Source: a virus. From it: a stretch of DNA of 64,000 nucleotides. Each line of letters begins with the position of its first letter. Position 1 is the first letter of the stretch. A program made the translations under genes and the position numbers. Below are positions 13,295 through 22,031 of the stretch, piece after piece. The stretch covers positions 19,631 to 83,630 of the IMG/VR virus record IMGVR_UViG_3300042559_000515. One strand, written 5' to 3'. Below the pieces are notes generated by a model. That model saw nothing but the letters and a program-made list of their open reading frames with translations, had not been told where the DNA came from and did not search any database.

Positions 13295-13896
13295 TAATAA
13301 TCTCCTACTACGAATTTTGCTCTAAGTGGTTCGCCTTTTATGAGGGCGGCAGTTGCTCGGTGATGTCCACCAAGCAGTCGCAGTTCCCCTGTGTGTGGAT
13401 GAATATACACGAAGGGTGTTTGATTCCCAACATCCTCATGGTCAGCATGGAGGTCTCCATGTTGTCCGTGCTCTAAATAGTGTAGAACTCCACTAGAAGT
13501 AACGGAAGGCTGACTCCCGCTGAGAAATCGTGGGTCAAATTCACGAAGGTTATCTACTGATGGCTTGTCATGAATTACCCTACTTACCAACGAAGGGTCA
13601 TAACTAAATCCGCCCTTATTTTTGGTTGATTGACTCCAGGGGATACCAGTTTTAAGACTGGCGGGTTGACCTTCTCGTACCCATGGGCTTTCTTCATAGT
13701 CAGGATTACGCCTACGAGAGTAATCAAGTTCTGCTGGTGAAGTAGGTTTACCTTGACCAAACAAAGGGTAAATGCTTTTTGACCCAAATAAGTTTTCTAG
13801 GCGCTTTGCGTAGTTTGCCTGATGATATGGGTGGCTCAGGTAAGCCATGTCAATGTATTCACCAAGTTGTGTTTCACTAAGCCTGTTGGTTGACAT
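13294..13896 (-). CDS. ParB/Srx-like N-terminal-domain protein (paralog 1)
   Basis: LLGGHHRATAA (GHHR motif). Start re-called to ATG 13896, 7 nt after TAAGGT. Confidence 0.7.
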   Translation of the reverse strand: MSTNRLSETQLGEYIDMAYLSHPYHQANYAKRLENLFGSKSIYPLFGQGKPTSPAELDYSRRRNPDYEESPWVREGQPASLKTGIPWSQSTKNKGGFSYDPSLVSRVIHDKPSVDNLREFDPRFLSGSQPSVTSSGVLHYLEHGQHGDLHADHEDVGNQTPFVYIHPHTGELRLLGGHHRATAALIKGEPLRAKFVVGDY

Positions 13897-13947
13897 GGGC
13901 GTAACCTTATCCCTTAGTAAATACTTTCGCAACATTAGAGGTGTTCA

Positions 13948-14073
13948 TCAATAAACTCCCTCGCAACAAGCATCCCTAGCGCCGCAAGATTCGCACTTAT
14001 AATGAGCGTGTTCAGGACGCATTTTGCCCCCACACCAAACACATTGAGTAGAGCAGTCTTTGGCATCACTCAT
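13948..14073 (-). CDS. small zinc-ribbon protein (not in ORF track)
   Basis: MSDAKDCSTQCVWCGGKMRPEHAHYKCESCGARDACCEGVY, with two CxxC motifs. Confidence 0.55.
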   Translation of the reverse strand: MSDAKDCSTQCVWCGGKMRPEHAHYKCESCGARDACCEGVY

Positions 14074-14239
14074 GACACCACGAGGATGATGTCCCAGGAA
14101 CTAGCCTCAATCTGGATAGCCTTTGACAATACTATGTTCTTATAACCACTAGCCTTGGCAAGGTTTGTTGCAATCTTGATGGCGTCACTGATTAAAACCG
14201 TGTGCACAGGATAGGTTACAAACATAATTTAAAAAAAAA

Positions 14240-14503
14240 TTATTGCTCTGTGCGTGAGATGCCAGAGTCAGACGCAAGCAACTGTCCTGACCACTCGTTG
14301 GCGTTACAGTCTTGACAATTGTCTAAATCTTTACAATTACAGCGTGATGTAATTGCATTGATAAATGCCGCCTGATTGCGCTGTCCTCGTGAAAGGAAGC
14401 CACCGCCACCTCCGAGGTTAATACCCTCAATTGCAGGTCGTTCCATTTCGCTACGGCTTGGTGTATCTGGACCGCTACCCATGCCTGATTTTTTCTTTGC
14501 CAT
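14240..14503 (-). CDS. hypothetical protein
   Basis: 87-aa ORF; TATAAT 6 nt upstream of the ATG. Confidence 0.65.
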   Translation of the reverse strand: MAKKKSGMGSGPDTPSRSEMERPAIEGINLGGGGGFLSRGQRNQAAFINAITSRCNCKDLDNCQDCNANEWSGQLLASDSGISRTEQ

Positions 14504-14536
14504 ACAGAAATTATACCTTAATAGCCAATGGGGGGT

Positions 14537-14938
14537 TTATGACCCTTTTCTAGGGTCAATACCTAAGTTGAATAAGTGCTTACTGTCATCCCCATACTCA
14601 ATAGGGATAAACATGTCAGGGTTGATGCTAAATGCCGAAGCGACTCGGTGGTGACCATCAGAGATAACTGTTTCATCATTCTCTCGGCTGAAGAACTCAA
14701 TATTGACAGGGTTTTGGACACCCTTTTCTTTGATTGAATCATGGAGGTTAAGGTTGTCATACATTTTTGCGTAAGAAATAGGGTCCATAGACTCTTCAAG
14801 TTTTTCATTTAACAATTCTGGATTTTGTGACATAGGACGCCACTCTTCCAAATCATCACCTGCTGGCATGTCCATTAACTCACGGGCAGTCATAAATAAC
14901 TTGAGTTGTTTTGGATTGAGGTGATTTTTAGCCGCCAT
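14537..14938 (-). CDS. ParB/Srx-like protein (paralog 2)
   Basis: LHDSIKEKGVQNPV...ISDGHHRVASA. Confidence 0.8.
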   Translation of the reverse strand: MAAKNHLNPKQLKLFMTARELMDMPAGDDLEEWRPMSQNPELLNEKLEESMDPISYAKMYDNLNLHDSIKEKGVQNPVNIEFFSRENDETVISDGHHRVASAFSINPDMFIPIEYGDDSKHLFNLGIDPRKGS

Positions 14939-15789
14939 TAGTAATCCTCTAAACCAGGAAGTTTGGGTTGTGAATTATTATTTGGCAAATCTTCTTGAGA
15001 AAATTGAGTAGACATCTTAGAACGGCGATTTCTTCTAAGTTCGTCCCTTAGTGCGCTTCTTGCCACACGCACATCTTCATGTGATACCTCACCACGAAGG
15101 TAAATGCCCATGTGCTTTTCTTCAAAAGGTGTGACAATCTTTGGCTCAAACATAGTTGTGTTTACTTGTTCACTTCCAGGATTGTCTTCATTAGGTTGAA
15201 TTAATCCACGCTCTACAGCGTGCTTAGCAATACGACTGCTATGAGGGGACAAGTTTGCTGAGGGGATAATGTCAGAGTTTAAGTGGTCTTGCTTAATGAT
15301 TGACATCAATGTTGGAAAAGTGTGTGTTGCATGCTTATCAAAGTACGCATTAGAAATTTCTAGAGTACCCCTCTGTTCCCCAAACAGTTTCCCAGTATTA
15401 ACCATAGGGTGATTTTTAATAACCTCTACTGCCCTACTAAAACCCTCTGGGTCTGTCCTATGTGTAGCCTCGTCATTGATGACGCTACTGATGGAAGAAA
15501 CATCTTCTTCAGACATGTTGGGGTCATTGAAGTCACTGAGGTGTTTGATTAGTTCATGAGAGACACCAGTGGCTCTACTTAGGTGACGGGTAGGTGCGTA
15601 CTTACCCCGTTCGTTTCCATTGTCCCAGATAGGTCCGTTAAAACCTGGGTTATGGATTACGCCTACTTCACCCCAAGCGTGGCCTGCAAGAGCACCGCTT
15701 CCAACTAAAGCGTCACTGTCAGTTGCAACAGCACGGTAACTCTTCCAACCTGCACCAAAGTTACCGTCTCCCCTAAAGTACCTACCCAT
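14938..15789 (-). CDS. hypothetical protein, divergent member of the 16810-19327 paralog family
   Basis: LEISNAYFD..HTFPTL..IIPSANLSPHSSRIAKHAVERGL..NPGSEQVN aligns with the three paralogs; C-terminal QPKLPGLEDY. Confidence 0.75.
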   Translation of the reverse strand: MGRYFRGDGNFGAGWKSYRAVATDSDALVGSGALAGHAWGEVGVIHNPGFNGPIWDNGNERGKYAPTRHLSRATGVSHELIKHLSDFNDPNMSEEDVSSISSVINDEATHRTDPEGFSRAVEVIKNHPMVNTGKLFGEQRGTLEISNAYFDKHATHTFPTLMSIIKQDHLNSDIIPSANLSPHSSRIAKHAVERGLIQPNEDNPGSEQVNTTMFEPKIVTPFEEKHMGIYLRGEVSHEDVRVARSALRDELRRNRRSKMSTQFSQEDLPNNNSQPKLPGLEDY

Positions 15790-16019
15790 TACTTAGACTT
15801 CTTATCTACTTTATTAAAGACATCGTTGATTTCGTCAACGGTAAGTTTTCCATCATCCATGAAGGCACGAGCAAGACCTTCAACTACAAATGAGACACCG
15901 CCAATACCTGCCATCAGTACGGCTTTCCATAGTGGAATACCAGCAATAGCGCCTGCGCCAACAACGGAAAGACCAGTGGCTGCAAAAGTGGCAAGAATAC
16001 GGAGAAGAATCTGTTTCAC
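15789..16019 (-). CDS. holin-like membrane protein
   Basis: Two hydrophobic helices and a charged tail (DDGKLTVDEINDVF..KKSK). Confidence 0.55.
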   Translation of the reverse strand: MKQILLRILATFAATGLSVVGAGAIAGIPLWKAVLMAGIGGVSFVVEGLARAFMDDGKLTVDEINDVFNKVDKKSK

Positions 16020-16034
16020 AGACTCTATTTTACA

Positions 16035-16208
16035 CTAACCGCCGTTGCGGTAAAAGCCACGACCAACAAGGTTGACCGATGGGGTGCCGAAGACCTTTTT
16101 CATCTGTTCTTGGCACTCTGGGCAGATAACTACTGGCTCTTCGGCATGAATTGACCGACTCTCCTCGTGGGAGTGGTCATTTGAGCATTTGTACTGATAT
16201 GTAGCCAT
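16035..16208 (-). CDS. FmdB-family zinc-ribbon protein (not in ORF track)
   Basis: MATYQYKCSNDHSHEESRSI...CPECQEQMKKVFGTPSVNLVGRGFYRNGG. Confidence 0.8.
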   Translation of the reverse strand: MATYQYKCSNDHSHEESRSIHAEEPVVICPECQEQMKKVFGTPSVNLVGRGFYRNGG

Positions 16209-16391
16209 TTAGTCGTCTTCAAATTTATTTTTCTGGAACAGGTACGCAGGGTAGGAATCCATAAAGTCATCCGTCTCGTTTTCACGGCGCTCACGAAGAA
16301 TCTGTTTCTGCTTGCGCTTTTTGTGCTCATTGTCAAACTGTGGACTTAATTTCTTTTGACGAAATTCGTTGAGGTCTACTACATCACCCAT
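16209..16391 (-). CDS. hypothetical protein
   Basis: 60 aa; begins MGDVVDLNEFRQKKLSPQF. Confidence 0.6.
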   Translation of the reverse strand: MGDVVDLNEFRQKKLSPQFDNEHKKRKQKQILRERRENETDDFMDSYPAYLFQKNKFEDD

Positions 16392-16405
16392 ATGTTCTTA
16401 TTCTA

Positions 16406-16810
16406 TCAATAAGTGTCGTAGTGGTAGTCTGAGTCGTCAAAGTGTGGCAAATCCACTTTATGGTCTGCCTGTGTTTGGTAGTCATAGTAATTAGCATAAC
16501 CAGGACCGACTTCATAATTTACAGGAATGAACTGGTCTGGGTTCAAACGATGTTGTGCGGCAATACGGTGGTGCCCGCCAACAATATACTGGTCCTTAGG
16601 GTGTAGAGAAACAGGAATCTGTACACCTGTCTCCTTGATGCTGTCCATCAAACCATTTTGTTCCGCTTCATCAGCCTTGCGTTCCCACAGTTCATCTGTG
16701 GATTCACCAGGAAGGTAGTCACCGTCAATTGGTTCAAAATCTTTGACGATTTCTCGTGCAGTCATAAACAGTTTTAACTGATTTGGATTTTCTTGTTTTT
16801 TCCGAGCCAT
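16406..16810 (-). CDS. ParB/Srx-like protein (paralog 3)
   Basis: LMDSIKETGVQIPV..IVGGHHRIAA; N-terminus QLKLFMTARE shared with 14537-14938. Confidence 0.8.
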   Translation of the reverse strand: MARKKQENPNQLKLFMTAREIVKDFEPIDGDYLPGESTDELWERKADEAEQNGLMDSIKETGVQIPVSLHPKDQYIVGGHHRIAAQHRLNPDQFIPVNYEVGPGYANYYDYQTQADHKVDLPHFDDSDYHYDTY

Positions 16811-17637
16811 TACACGAATCCTTCCATTCCAGGCAAAAACTGGTCACTCAACCCTTTTCTAGTGACAGGAGTAGTGTTTCTAATCTTAGGCTTGCGGAGC
16901 ATCTCACGAACATCCTGTCGTGCGGCACGCACCATATCAGGGTGAATGGCTTCATCGGGTTGGTCATTACCCCACACATTGTTAGCAAACTCACTACCTA
17001 CAGAACGATTATGTTGTCTGATGGTGTTTGTTACTTCTGCGTTAGGGTTTGCGGGGTCTGTTTCAACTAAACCCTTATCTAGTGCTGTTTTAGTCAATTT
17101 ACTACTATAAGGAGATAACGAACCAGACGCAATTATTTTTTCTGCACCTAAATCACGCTTGGCAAGGGCGGCAAGGGTAATAGCAGTGTGGGGCATACTT
17201 GGGTCCGCAACCATGTTGTCAATTTGTATAGACGATGGTATTCGTTCAAATAGAGTTTCTGGTTGAAAGTATTTGTTACCCTCTATGTGTGGCTTCATTG
17301 CCTCTTTATCAAAACCCCCACTACGAAGAGCATGTAGTATCTGGTTTGCGGAATCTTCGTGACCAGTCCAGTCATCTTCTGGAATACTTTCAATTTTGTC
17401 CGAAATGTGTCTTAGATAATTATTACTTAAACCTGTCACATTGTATGGGTCACGGTAATTAGTTTTTGCACTATTATCAAAAGGGACAACATACTTTGAT
17501 GGCGAGTGTGACACACTGATACTTGCGTATGGTCGGCGCTTTTCTACACCACTAAGTGTTTCTACCTCAAATTCATTACCTACAGCGTTATATGTAGACA
17601 TGTCTTCTTCATGGTTTTTAAAGTATTCAATTGCCAT
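16810..17637 (-). CDS. paralog family protein (degenerate GNAT-like), copy A
   Basis: FQPETLFE..SSIQIDNMVADPSM..AEKIIASGSLSPYSS; ends GLSDQFLPGMEGFV. Confidence 0.75.
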   Translation of the reverse strand: MAIEYFKNHEEDMSTYNAVGNEFEVETLSGVEKRRPYASISVSHSPSKYVVPFDNSAKTNYRDPYNVTGLSNNYLRHISDKIESIPEDDWTGHEDSANQILHALRSGGFDKEAMKPHIEGNKYFQPETLFERIPSSIQIDNMVADPSMPHTAITLAALAKRDLGAEKIIASGSLSPYSSKLTKTALDKGLVETDPANPNAEVTNTIRQHNRSVGSEFANNVWGNDQPDEAIHPDMVRAARQDVREMLRKPKIRNTTPVTRKGLSDQFLPGMEGFV

Positions 17638-18470
17638 TAGACAAAACCTTCCATGCCTGGGAGGAACTGGTCGCTAAGTCCTTTGGCTGTCACTGGCTTG
17701 GGATTGCGCTTGCGACCAAGAATCTCACGCACAGCCTCTTTACCTCGGATAACACTTGTATCAGGGATAGGTGCTCCTTTTTCACGGATAACATCTGCGT
17801 ATTCACTTGACATGGTGTGACGAAGTTGTCTTTGCTCCTCATAGTCACCAGCGGTGCTTTCTGCGCTTGGGTTACCTGAATGGGCACTAACGGGTAGCCC
17901 ACGCTTAATGGCGTTTTGTGTCAGTTTGCTACTGAACTTTGTCAGTGAACTATCTGCCACAAATGGCGCACGGTTCCCCTCATCGTAGGCAATACCAAGA
18001 AGGTTGATACCTGCGGCATTCATGGAGGGGTCAGAGTACATTCCGTTAATGTATGTCTTTGCAGGTTTTGATTCATAAAACAAATGTTCTGGTGTAATGT
18101 GGGGGTTGGTGCGTGCCTGCTCCACCGCCCAATCCATTGTCTTACCGTGGCTTGGATATCCTCTAAGAACACCAAGCGCACGCATAGCATCCATTTTTTC
18201 AGGGTTATCGGCTATATCTGGTTCGTCAAGTAATGAACGATACCTTTTGGTCAGGTATTCGGGGTGGAGACCAGTCTGACCACTGTCATCAGCGTAATTA
18301 GGACCTTGTTCATCATCAAAAGTAGGGGTGTACTCTGCAAACTGGTGATATGTACCTACATTTGCATTCGGCACCGCACCAGTCTCAGGTTTTGGTGTAC
18401 CTAATGCTCTGTAAAACGACTGAAACCCACCAGGGTAGTGTTGGCGAGATTCAAGAATATATTCAGGCAT
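17637..18470 (-). CDS. paralog family protein, copy B
   Basis: YINGMYSDPSM..VADSSLTKFSSKL; ends GLSDQFLPGMEGFV. Confidence 0.75.
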   Translation of the reverse strand: MPEYILESRQHYPGGFQSFYRALGTPKPETGAVPNANVGTYHQFAEYTPTFDDEQGPNYADDSGQTGLHPEYLTKRYRSLLDEPDIADNPEKMDAMRALGVLRGYPSHGKTMDWAVEQARTNPHITPEHLFYESKPAKTYINGMYSDPSMNAAGINLLGIAYDEGNRAPFVADSSLTKFSSKLTQNAIKRGLPVSAHSGNPSAESTAGDYEEQRQLRHTMSSEYADVIREKGAPIPDTSVIRGKEAVREILGRKRNPKPVTAKGLSDQFLPGMEGFV

Positions 18471-19327
18471 CAGACAAAGCCTTCCATACCAGGTAGAAAC
18501 TGAGCGCTGAGACCCTTCTTTGTGACAGGCGTGTTATTTCGGGCTGGTGTGCCACGCTGACCACGAAGCCATCCACGGATGTCATCCCTAGCACCCTTTA
18601 CTTCTTCTGGAGAAATTGGTGTCTCTGGCTGGTCCATACCCCAAGGGTTATCTTGTCTTTTTACCCTGATAGTCCGCTTGCTCTTGTCAATGTCATTTGT
18701 AATCTCTGCTTCGGGGTTATCCCGATGTGTTTCAACTGGCAGACCTCTGGTTACAGCATTCCTAACCAATTGGCTACTAAATGGAGATAGGTCATCAGAT
18801 GCAATTATCTTTTCTGCCTTTTGGTCACGCTTTGCAATAGCGGACAAAGTCATGGCTGTGTGAGCCATACTTGGGTCAGACACCATATTTGTAATCTCTA
18901 TAGACGATGGAACCTCTTCAAACAAAGTTTCTGGTTGAAAATGGGGGTTACTCCGCATCTGACCCCGTACATATGCCTTACTGACAGGGTCTGACATGTG
19001 CATGATGCCGATGGTGTGCATGGCATCGTCATCATAGCCAGTCCAGTTATCTTCACCTTTTTTTGTAAGTTTGTCTGCCAGATGACTTACATAATCATCG
19101 CTGAGACCAGTGTCTGTGTAGGAGTCACCACCAATATTTGTGTAGGGTACGACAAACCTTCCTGGCCTGTGCTTTACATTAATTGTTGCAAAAGGTCGCT
19201 CTTGTAAGTCACCTGGGTCATCAGGAAGTCCAAAGAATGGGTCAGGCTCTACATCAACAGGCTTTCCTAATGCGGTGTAGGAAAAATTACCTTCGTAATC
19301 TGTGTTCTTAGAGTAATCAATTGCCAT
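18470..19327 (-). CDS. paralog family protein, copy C
   Basis: FQPETLFE..SSIEITNMVSDPSM..AEKIIASDDLSPFSS; ends GLSAQFLPGMEGFV. Confidence 0.75.
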   Translation of the reverse strand: MAIDYSKNTDYEGNFSYTALGKPVDVEPDPFFGLPDDPGDLQERPFATINVKHRPGRFVVPYTNIGGDSYTDTGLSDDYVSHLADKLTKKGEDNWTGYDDDAMHTIGIMHMSDPVSKAYVRGQMRSNPHFQPETLFEEVPSSIEITNMVSDPSMAHTAMTLSAIAKRDQKAEKIIASDDLSPFSSQLVRNAVTRGLPVETHRDNPEAEITNDIDKSKRTIRVKRQDNPWGMDQPETPISPEEVKGARDDIRGWLRGQRGTPARNNTPVTKKGLSAQFLPGMEGFV

Positions 19328-19728
19328 TACGAGTTCTTTAGACGGCGGTTGACGAAATCTGCCTGCTCTTGAGGTAAATCAGGTCCAGCGGTTGGTCTAC
19401 GAGTTGTGACAAGGTTTCCTGACTCATATGCCTTCATAGCAGCGCCCATCAGTGCAGAACCAACGCCTTTTCCACGGTGCTCTGGCTCAACTTCAAGACT
19501 TTCAACTGAGTTTGGTGCAAGAGTGGGGTTCATGGAGTAATAAGCATCACCCGTTCCATGCAGTACCAGACGACCCATCACATCTTCGCTTGTGTAACTC
19601 CCACCATCATTAGGAAGTGCAGTCAATGTGGTGTACATAGGGTAGCGACCGTCCTCAAAAGGTAGTCGTTCATCAGAATGCTCTAATGAAATTTGAAACT
19701 GATTGAGGTTGAGATGCTTCTTAGCCAT
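19327..19728 (-). CDS. GNAT-family acetyltransferase
   Basis: VESLEVEPEHRGKGVGSALM is acetyl-CoA-binding motif A (R.xGxG). Confidence 0.85.
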   Translation of the reverse strand: MAKKHLNLNQFQISLEHSDERLPFEDGRYPMYTTLTALPNDGGSYTSEDVMGRLVLHGTGDAYYSMNPTLAPNSVESLEVEPEHRGKGVGSALMGAAMKAYESGNLVTTRRPTAGPDLPQEQADFVNRRLKNS

Positions 19729-19787
19729 ACACTTAGTTTACTATGGTCAAACGGCGAATTTTTTTACTCCGTTCAGCGCCCTAGTTG

Positions 19788-20057
19788 TCAGCGCCGCCTG
19801 TTTCGCTGTTCTGCATTTGCTTGACGAGTCTGGATACCCAACTTACGGGCGACCGCTACCTCACGATGGAACTGCTCTGGGTTGTGTTGTGCCATCCGTG
19901 ACATGTGTTGCCAGTGTGTACGGTCCATGTTCCAGCCCGTAGCCGCCTCTACACCTTCTTTTAGGAGTCCAAAGCCAATCCTCTTGGGGTGTTTTTGCAA
20001 CTCATTGGAAATAATGTTCTTATTTTCCTGGTGTTCTTCGTCAGAAATCTTTGCCAT
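19788..20057 (-). CDS. hypothetical protein
   Basis: MAKISDEEHQ... preceded by AGGAG; start re-called within ORF 19788-20096. Confidence 0.6.
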   Translation of the reverse strand: MAKISDEEHQENKNIISNELQKHPKRIGFGLLKEGVEAATGWNMDRTHWQHMSRMAQHNPEQFHREVAVARKLGIQTRQANAEQRNRRR

Positions 20058-20061
20058 AGCC

Positions 20062-20388
20062 TTAACTCCTCTTTTGAGTCCAGTGTTCACCTGCACGGTG
20101 CTGATTAATGACTCCTACACCGTCCTTGTGGGTGGCAACATCTTCCAAAATGTCTCCAGAGGGGCTGAAAACGCTACGAAGACCACCAACTGGGGTGTGT
20201 TCTAGTCCATAACCGTCTACTGCAACGAATCCAACACCCCATTTAGCGTCAGAATCGGCTTCATAAGGGGAAAGACCTGCATCATGGAGCACATCATGAC
20301 CAATAAAGCGTTCTCCAGCGACCGTCATCTTCTCACGGCGGTGTGCAGACTTCAGTAATGCGTTGAATTGGTCGGGGTTAAGTGCCAT
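20062..20388 (-). CDS. hypothetical protein with N-terminal LNPDQF tag
   Basis: 108 aa; leaderless-type TAAACT-N6-ATG. Confidence 0.65.
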   Translation of the reverse strand: MALNPDQFNALLKSAHRREKMTVAGERFIGHDVLHDAGLSPYEADSDAKWGVGFVAVDGYGLEHTPVGGLRSVFSPSGDILEDVATHKDGVGVINQHRAGEHWTQKRS

Positions 20389-20397
20389 TTACCTAGT

Positions 20398-20589
20398 TTA
20401 CTTCAAGATTCCCCATGTGGGATTAGGTTGGAACCTGATGTCATTGGACTCAAAATGCTTGACAATACCCGACTCAAGCACGACAACCCAGCAGGTGTTA
20501 GCGCCCCAGCCATAATCAATGAGTAAAAGTGCTACCCCATCACCGAGAGGGGTAGAAACCTCTAGTGGCTGTTGGAATTCGTGAATCAA
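20398..20589 (-). CDS. hypothetical protein
   Basis: 63 aa; STPLGDGVALLLIDYG..NTCWVV. Confidence 0.6.
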   Translation of the reverse strand: MIHEFQQPLEVSTPLGDGVALLLIDYGWGANTCWVVVLESGIVKHFESNDIRFQPNPTWGILK

Positions 20590-20997
20590 TTAGTCTCGTT
20601 CGTGGAGATAGGTCTCATCTTCACGATGCACATGTGCGGGAAGGCGTTCCGACTGCGCCTCTGGGTCGTTCACAGCCTCTTTGTAGGTCACAGGGACCAT
20701 CCATGAGGGGTCAATGTCATGTGCGGCGGCAATACGGTGTGCACCATTGACAATACTGGTCTGACCACGGCTCCTGCCAAGACGAATGGGGTTGACCATC
20801 CCCTCTTTACGCAGGCTCGTATGCAGTCCTGACTTATATGCTTCATCGCTTTTGCGATTCCAGAATAATTCTTCAGAAGGATGACCAGACCTAGTGACAT
20901 CTTTTGTGGTCATTTCAAGGTCTGAGCCTTCAAGTTCTTCACGGAGCATGCTGGCTGGCATAAAGAGTTGTTCGTTGAGGTGATGCCAAGTAGCCAT
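20590..20997 (-). CDS. ParB/Srx-like protein (paralog 4)
   Basis: LHTSLRKEGMVNPI..IVNGAHRIAAA; TATACT-N6-ATG. Confidence 0.75.
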   Translation of the reverse strand: MATWHHLNEQLFMPASMLREELEGSDLEMTTKDVTRSGHPSEELFWNRKSDEAYKSGLHTSLRKEGMVNPIRLGRSRGQTSIVNGAHRIAAAHDIDPSWMVPVTYKEAVNDPEAQSERLPAHVHREDETYLHERD

Positions 20998-21110
20998 CTA
21001 TCCAGTATAGGGCTATCTAGGTGTGCAGGTGATTGTCCCGATTCCTGGTTAGGGCTATGTGGTGCGTGGGTGGTTTAGGGCTTAGTCGGTCCTACCCCCC
21101 ACCCTGTCCG

Positions 21111-21140
21111 AGGGTACCACTTAACCATGGGGGGTGTCAA
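21111..21140 (-). promoter_or_regulatory. leftward sigma-A-type promoter
   Basis: Minus strand reads TTGACA-N18-TACCCT. Confidence 0.5.
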
Positions 21141-21150
21141 GCCCTGAGCA

Positions 21151-21223
21151 TATGACATTCGTCACATGTGCCCATCGTCACACCCCCGACCATGTGACCT
21201 TCGTCACAGTGACCTTTGTCACA
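21151..21223. promoter_or_regulatory. four CRP/GlxR-like palindromes (TGTGA-N6-TCACA)
   Basis: TATGACATTCGTCACA at 21151, TGTGCCCATCGTCACA at 21167, TGTGACCTTCGTCACA at 21193 (perfect consensus), AGTGACCTTTGTCACA at 21208. Confidence 0.7.
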
Positions 21224-21245
21224 CCCCGTTTACTTGACATCCAGG

Positions 21246-21588
21246 AAACCCTTACACCGCAAGGGTTTGCGGGGTACTCATCATAGTTCCCCCCCAATGT
21301 CAACCCCCCCTACTCCCCAGTAAACCCTTATGGCATAAGGGAATCCTCTCAGACGCTCTCTAAGCCCCTCTACCCATGAGTAACCCCCTCTAGGCACCTA
21401 GCACCCATTTTGCGCATTTAAACGGCTCTACGGCGATTCTGCATGTTTATGCAGGGCTTCAAATACCCCTGATTTCATTGACTATTTGAAGATTGAGCCT
21501 GTCAAAAACACCAATGAAAACGGGCTTTTTGGTTTTGACATCGCAGATATTCCATACATCCCATGAAACCCTTGAGCCATAAGGATTT
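21246..21588. repeat. three imperfect AAACCCTT-N7-AAGG(G/A) palindromes
   Basis: 21246 AAACCCTTACACCGCAAGGGTTT; 21322 AAACCCTTATGGCATAAGGGAAT; 21566 AAACCCTTGAGCCATAAGGATTT. Confidence 0.65.
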
Positions 21589-21924
21589 GCGCCCATTTGG
21601 CACATATTTCATACAGAAAATGATGCATGAACATGCACTACAACTGGGGCTATGGAATCAGGGGCACACACAAGGGGGCGAGGGGGGCAGGTATTCCCCA
21701 CACCTCCGATGCCCAAGGCACAATCCCGATGCCCCAGCACACCCCTGAGCCTCCAGCACCTACTCCCCCCTCAGACCACACAGAAGAGCCTTCAGAGCGT
21801 TCAAATACCCTCTCTGCCACCTGCATACCCTCCCCCTGTCTTCCCCCTATCAGAGGCTCTCCCAGCACGGTTTGGGCGCCCTTTTCCTCACCCCCCTATC
21901 CCTCGGAGCCTTGCCATATATGGG

Positions 21925-21988
21925 CAAAAAAAGAATCAGAAAAAACATTTGAAAACTATTGACATTCCGAAATGCCCTCTGCGAGACT
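21925..21988 (+). promoter_or_regulatory. strong early promoter with A-rich UP element
   Basis: A-tracts at 21926-21957, TTGACA at 21959-21964, 18-nt spacer, then GAGACT. Confidence 0.65.
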
Positions 21989-21996
21989 GGGGGTGA

Positions 21997-22031
21997 GGGG
22001 CGCTTCGGCGCCTCGCTCTTTGAAAACTGAA
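21997..22031 (+). promoter_or_regulatory. boxB-like hairpin plus boxA-like antitermination element
   Basis: GGGGCGC-TTCG-GCGCCTC immediately followed by GCTCTTTGAAAACTGAA. A second copy, CCTTGAAAATTGAAGATT, lies at about 22160. Confidence 0.6.
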
